From NCBI RefSeq assembly GCF_006345805.1, contig NC_043008.1:57350001-57414000 (forward strand): DNA of 64,000 nt, given 5' to 3'. The stretch's first letter is position 1. Each line of letters begins with the position of its first letter. This stretch comes from Octopus sinensis (taxonomy: Eukaryota). Positions 63,141 to 64,000 of the stretch are shown here, one piece after another. A program made the position numbers and the translations under genes. Below the pieces are notes generated by a model that did no database searches, was not told the origin of the DNA, and saw only the letters and a program-made list of their open reading frames with translations.

Positions 63141-63481
63141 GTATGTCTGATTTGAAAACTTTGATTCTTTGCATTATTGAACTTGTTTCCTCTTTTATAA
63201 ATAGTTTATACGTCTATCCTTTCTTTTTCTTTAGCTTTTTCAGTCATTAGACTATGGCCATGCTGGGGCACCGCCTTGAAGAATTTTAGTTGAACAAATC
63301 AACCCCAGTACTTATTTTACTTTTTAAGCATAGTACTTATTCTGCCGGGCCCTTTTGCCATACCGCTAAGTTACTAGGATGTAAATACACCAACACTGGT
63401 TTTCAAGTGGTGGTCAAATACAGACACAAAGACACACACATATATATTATGAGCTTCTCTCAGTTTCTTCTTTTTTTTTTT

Positions 63482-63930
63482 TTATTTCTTTGTTGTCCAC
63501 AAGGGGCTATAAATAGAGGTGACAAACAAAGACAGACAAAGGGATTAAGTCGATTACATCGGGCCCTGTGTGTAACTGGTACTTAATTTATCGACGCTGA
63601 AAGGATGAAAGGCAAAATCGACCTCAGCGGAATTTGAACTCAGGACGCAACGGCAGATGAAATACCTATTTCTTTATTACCCACAAGGGACTAAACACAG
63701 AGGGGACAAACAAGGACATACAAAGGGATTAAATCGATTACATCGAGCCTTGTGTGTAACTGGTACTTAATTTATCTAACCCCGAAAGGATGAAAAGCAA
63801 AGTCGACCTCGGCGGAATTTGAACTCAGGACGTAACGGCAGATGAAATACCTATTTCTTTATTACCCACAAGGGGCTAAACACAGAGGGGACAAACAAGG
63901 ACAGACAAACGGATTAAGTCAATTACATCG
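63482..63930 (-). mobile_element. SINE family B tandem trimer
   Basis: Three head-to-tail units with junctions gatgaaatacc|tatttcttt at about 63666 and 63851. Confidence 0.9.
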
Positions 63931-64000
63931 CCACACTCAAAAATTAAGTGAAAGAACCGGGAAAAATAATCGTTGACCGGTACCAGATTGATCCCAGAAT

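Overview
AT-rich, intron- and repeat-dominated animal DNA. The SINE families and microsatellite load look like an octopus (coleoid cephalopod) genome; this is an inference from repeat content. Only one gene is firmly identified: RGP1 (Ric1-Rgp1 Rab6 GEF subunit), with five phase-consistent coding exons on + (56543-63140), continuing past the window end. A second, unidentified gene is suggested by one Kozak-led exon on - (4134-4252), and a candidate shared promoter lies near 44.4-44.6 kb. The rest is mostly tRNA-derived SINEs, RTE-type 3' tails, two CR1-clade LINE fragments, decayed DNA transposons (MULE, mariner, maT DD37D, hAT and piggyBac MITEs, Helitron/HINE), foldback elements and microsatellites. 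Nearly all ORF-track ORFs are artefacts of these repeats. The most striking unexplained structure is a set of hammerhead-ribozyme motifs. A ~445-bp foldback (21305-21749) carries a canonical-core type I hammerhead on each strand, a tRNA-headed SINE carries a hammerhead (15470-15712), and variant minimal hammerheads occur at 28.15, 28.4, 32.2 and 43.9 kb. Structures were folded by eye; no searches or folding programs were run, and repeat boundaries are approximate.
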